Shown here piece by piece: positions 61,669-64,000 of a stretch of 64,000 nucleotides of DNA. The DNA lies in assembly GCF_009914755.1 (NCBI RefSeq), contig NC_060937.1. The stretch is one strand, 5' to 3'. This DNA comes from the human T2T-CHM13v2.0 reference genome, Homo sapiens. Under the pieces are notes generated by a model. It was given only the letters and a program-made list of their open reading frames with translations, was not told the origin of the DNA and did no database searches. Within the stretch, counting starts at the first letter, position 1; each line of letters starts with the position of its first letter. Position numbers and translations under genes: made by a program.

Positions 61669-62025
61669 GGATGGGTGCAGTGTCTCATGCCTGTAATCCC
61701 AGCATTTTAGGAGGGTGAGGAGGGAGGACTGCTTGAGGCTAGGAGTTCAAGAGCAGCCTGGGCAACATAGAGAGACCACCATCTCTACAAAAATAAATTT
61801 TTAATTAGTCTAGTGTGGTGGTGTGCACCTGTAGTTCCAGCTATTCAAAAGGAAAGCTTGAGCCCAGGAGTTTGAGGTTGCAGTGAACTATGATAGCACT
61901 ACTGCACCTCAGCCTGGGTGAAAGATGAGACCCTATCGAAAAGAAAAAGAAACAGAAAAAGAAAAAAAAAAGAAAAGAAGGGAAGGGGAGAGGAGGGAAG
62001 GGGACCGGAGGGGAGGGGAGGGGAT
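61669..62025 (+). mobile_element. AluJ-like with purine/G-run expanded tail
   Basis: TSD agaatgctcagtatat on both sides; G-rich tail 61980-62023. Confidence 0.88.
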
Positions 62026-63664
62026 ATACTGAGAATGCTCAGTATATCAATGACAGATAAGGATATAAGAGTGACTGACATTGCCCAAGGAAAAGAAAAG
62101 GCCAAGGAGAAAACCCTGGGAGCTACCAATTTAAACAATATCTGAAACCTTTTCCAACCTCTCAAGGCACAGTTACTAGTCAATTCATCTTCTGTGTTCC
62201 CACAGCATTTTATACAGACCTGCAGTCTAACACTAAAAAACTGCATTGTGTTTATTTATTTACATATCTGTCTTCATGTGTGGTACACCACAGATGGCAA
62301 CAAGTGTGTCATCTTAGAGCTGGCCCTCAATAAACATTTAACCTGAAGGAAAGAATGAAGTAATGCTAACACTCAATAACAAATACTTATACTCGCCAAA
62401 TCAGTTATCTCCAATCATCAGTCTATAGATAGGATCATCTGGGTACTATTCTGGGAGCCTAGAGAGTGAATGACTCCATGGATTACCGTTATAACATTCA
62501 TGTTCAAAAACACCATCCAATTGCTACAGTTGGAACAAGAGCTTTAAAGCCAACTCTCAGGAGGCATTATTCTACAAATTAGTAGAAGTTGTCCTAGGAG
62601 TACTGATTCCCTGGAGGTAGATTTATTTATTTGTACAAGACTGTAGAAGCTGTTCTTTCTGTTAGGCAGCTGCAAGTGATACCCCCCGAGCATCGACCAT
62701 CCCCAGCCTCCAGAACTCTTCCTCTTAAAAAAGCAAAACAAAAACCTTCCCTGTCTTTCTACCTTTGACCTTTTTCTCTCTCTCAAAATCTTCCACAAAA
62801 AAGCTTAATATAAGTAAATAAAATAAAAGCTGAGTTTCTTTAAAGACTATTAGAAATAATCACTTTGCTAAAATTCAGTTCTGTGATTAAGTACAGAAAT
62901 GAAAGGACAGACAATGTGGGTCATAAGTTTCTAATGTGGAGTTCAAATGCTACTGCCAAAAGTGATGTATTAGCTATGACCAGCATATAGGATCAACACA
63001 TGCTAGATAATGGGTCATATTACTTATAAGAACAACTCATGAAATAAAGTAATTTCCTCATTCAGTACAAATTTGCTGCTTTTACACTGTGCTGTGTCTT
63101 TTTAGTCAAGCTGTCAGTCTTCTACTCAATAAACACAGTCCTGAAAGAAGTACTGCCAAGCAGCTTAAGAGAAGAATCTAACCTATTATAACCCTAAAAA
63201 AGAACATATTTATTTTCAGAAAGACAAAAATAAGTTACAACATTAAATTAAGGCTAAGTAAAGGTAAAAAAATTTACCAACAATCCATACTATCAGAGTG
63301 AAGCAGATTCTGTAACATGACTGTGTTTAACAACAAAATTAAGAAAATGGTGTGGTTCTCAGGTAAAAAGAAAAATTACAGATAAGGAAAGGGATTAGGC
63401 TTTCAACTGTTAGAAATATTCAGACAACAAAGAAGAATCATTGTTAGGACATCTCACCTCTGAAAAGTTAAGGACAGACCAAGATCCTGACAGAACATAA
63501 TAGAGAAAATAAAATAAAATTAGAAGTTCAGCCCAGGAGGCTCAACATACATCTAAATAATAAAAGGTACAAGAAAAAAGACCAGAGGAAACTGAGTAAG
63601 TGGGAGTGGAGAGATCTAAGATGATGTAGGAGCTACAAGAATAAAGAGCCACAAGCCCAGATTA

Positions 63665-64000
<336 letters not shown>

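Overview
Primate (human-like) genomic DNA from inside a large minus-strand gene. Six canonical GT-AG coding exons (169, 78, 116, 107, 107 and 72 nt) splice in frame into about 216 codons of a MoxR-type AAA+ region. I recognise this as VWA8 (KIAA0564, mitochondrial/peroxisomal AAA+/VWA protein); from memory these are roughly exons 15-20, unverified. The rest is intron, about half interspersed repeat: ~19 Alus, a near full-length ~9 kb L1MA carrying nested THE1, MSTA, Alu and 7SL insertions, a 5'-inverted L1PA, old L1M/L2/MIR, and MER DNA transposons. The long ORFs in the track are almost all Alu or L1 artefacts. I see no convincing new biological system. Best leads: (i) a candidate in-frame cassette or alternative terminal exon with intronic poly(A) signals at ~9.8-10.2 kb, at the intron that splits a Walker A motif; (ii) two local templated duplications, one interrupting a 7SL pseudogene; (iii) a 46-bp-stem L2-derived hairpin; (iv) a very closely spaced inverted Alu pair; (v) a (UG)15 tract near an acceptor. 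Repeat subfamily names come from recalled consensus features, not a database search, and repeat boundaries are approximate.
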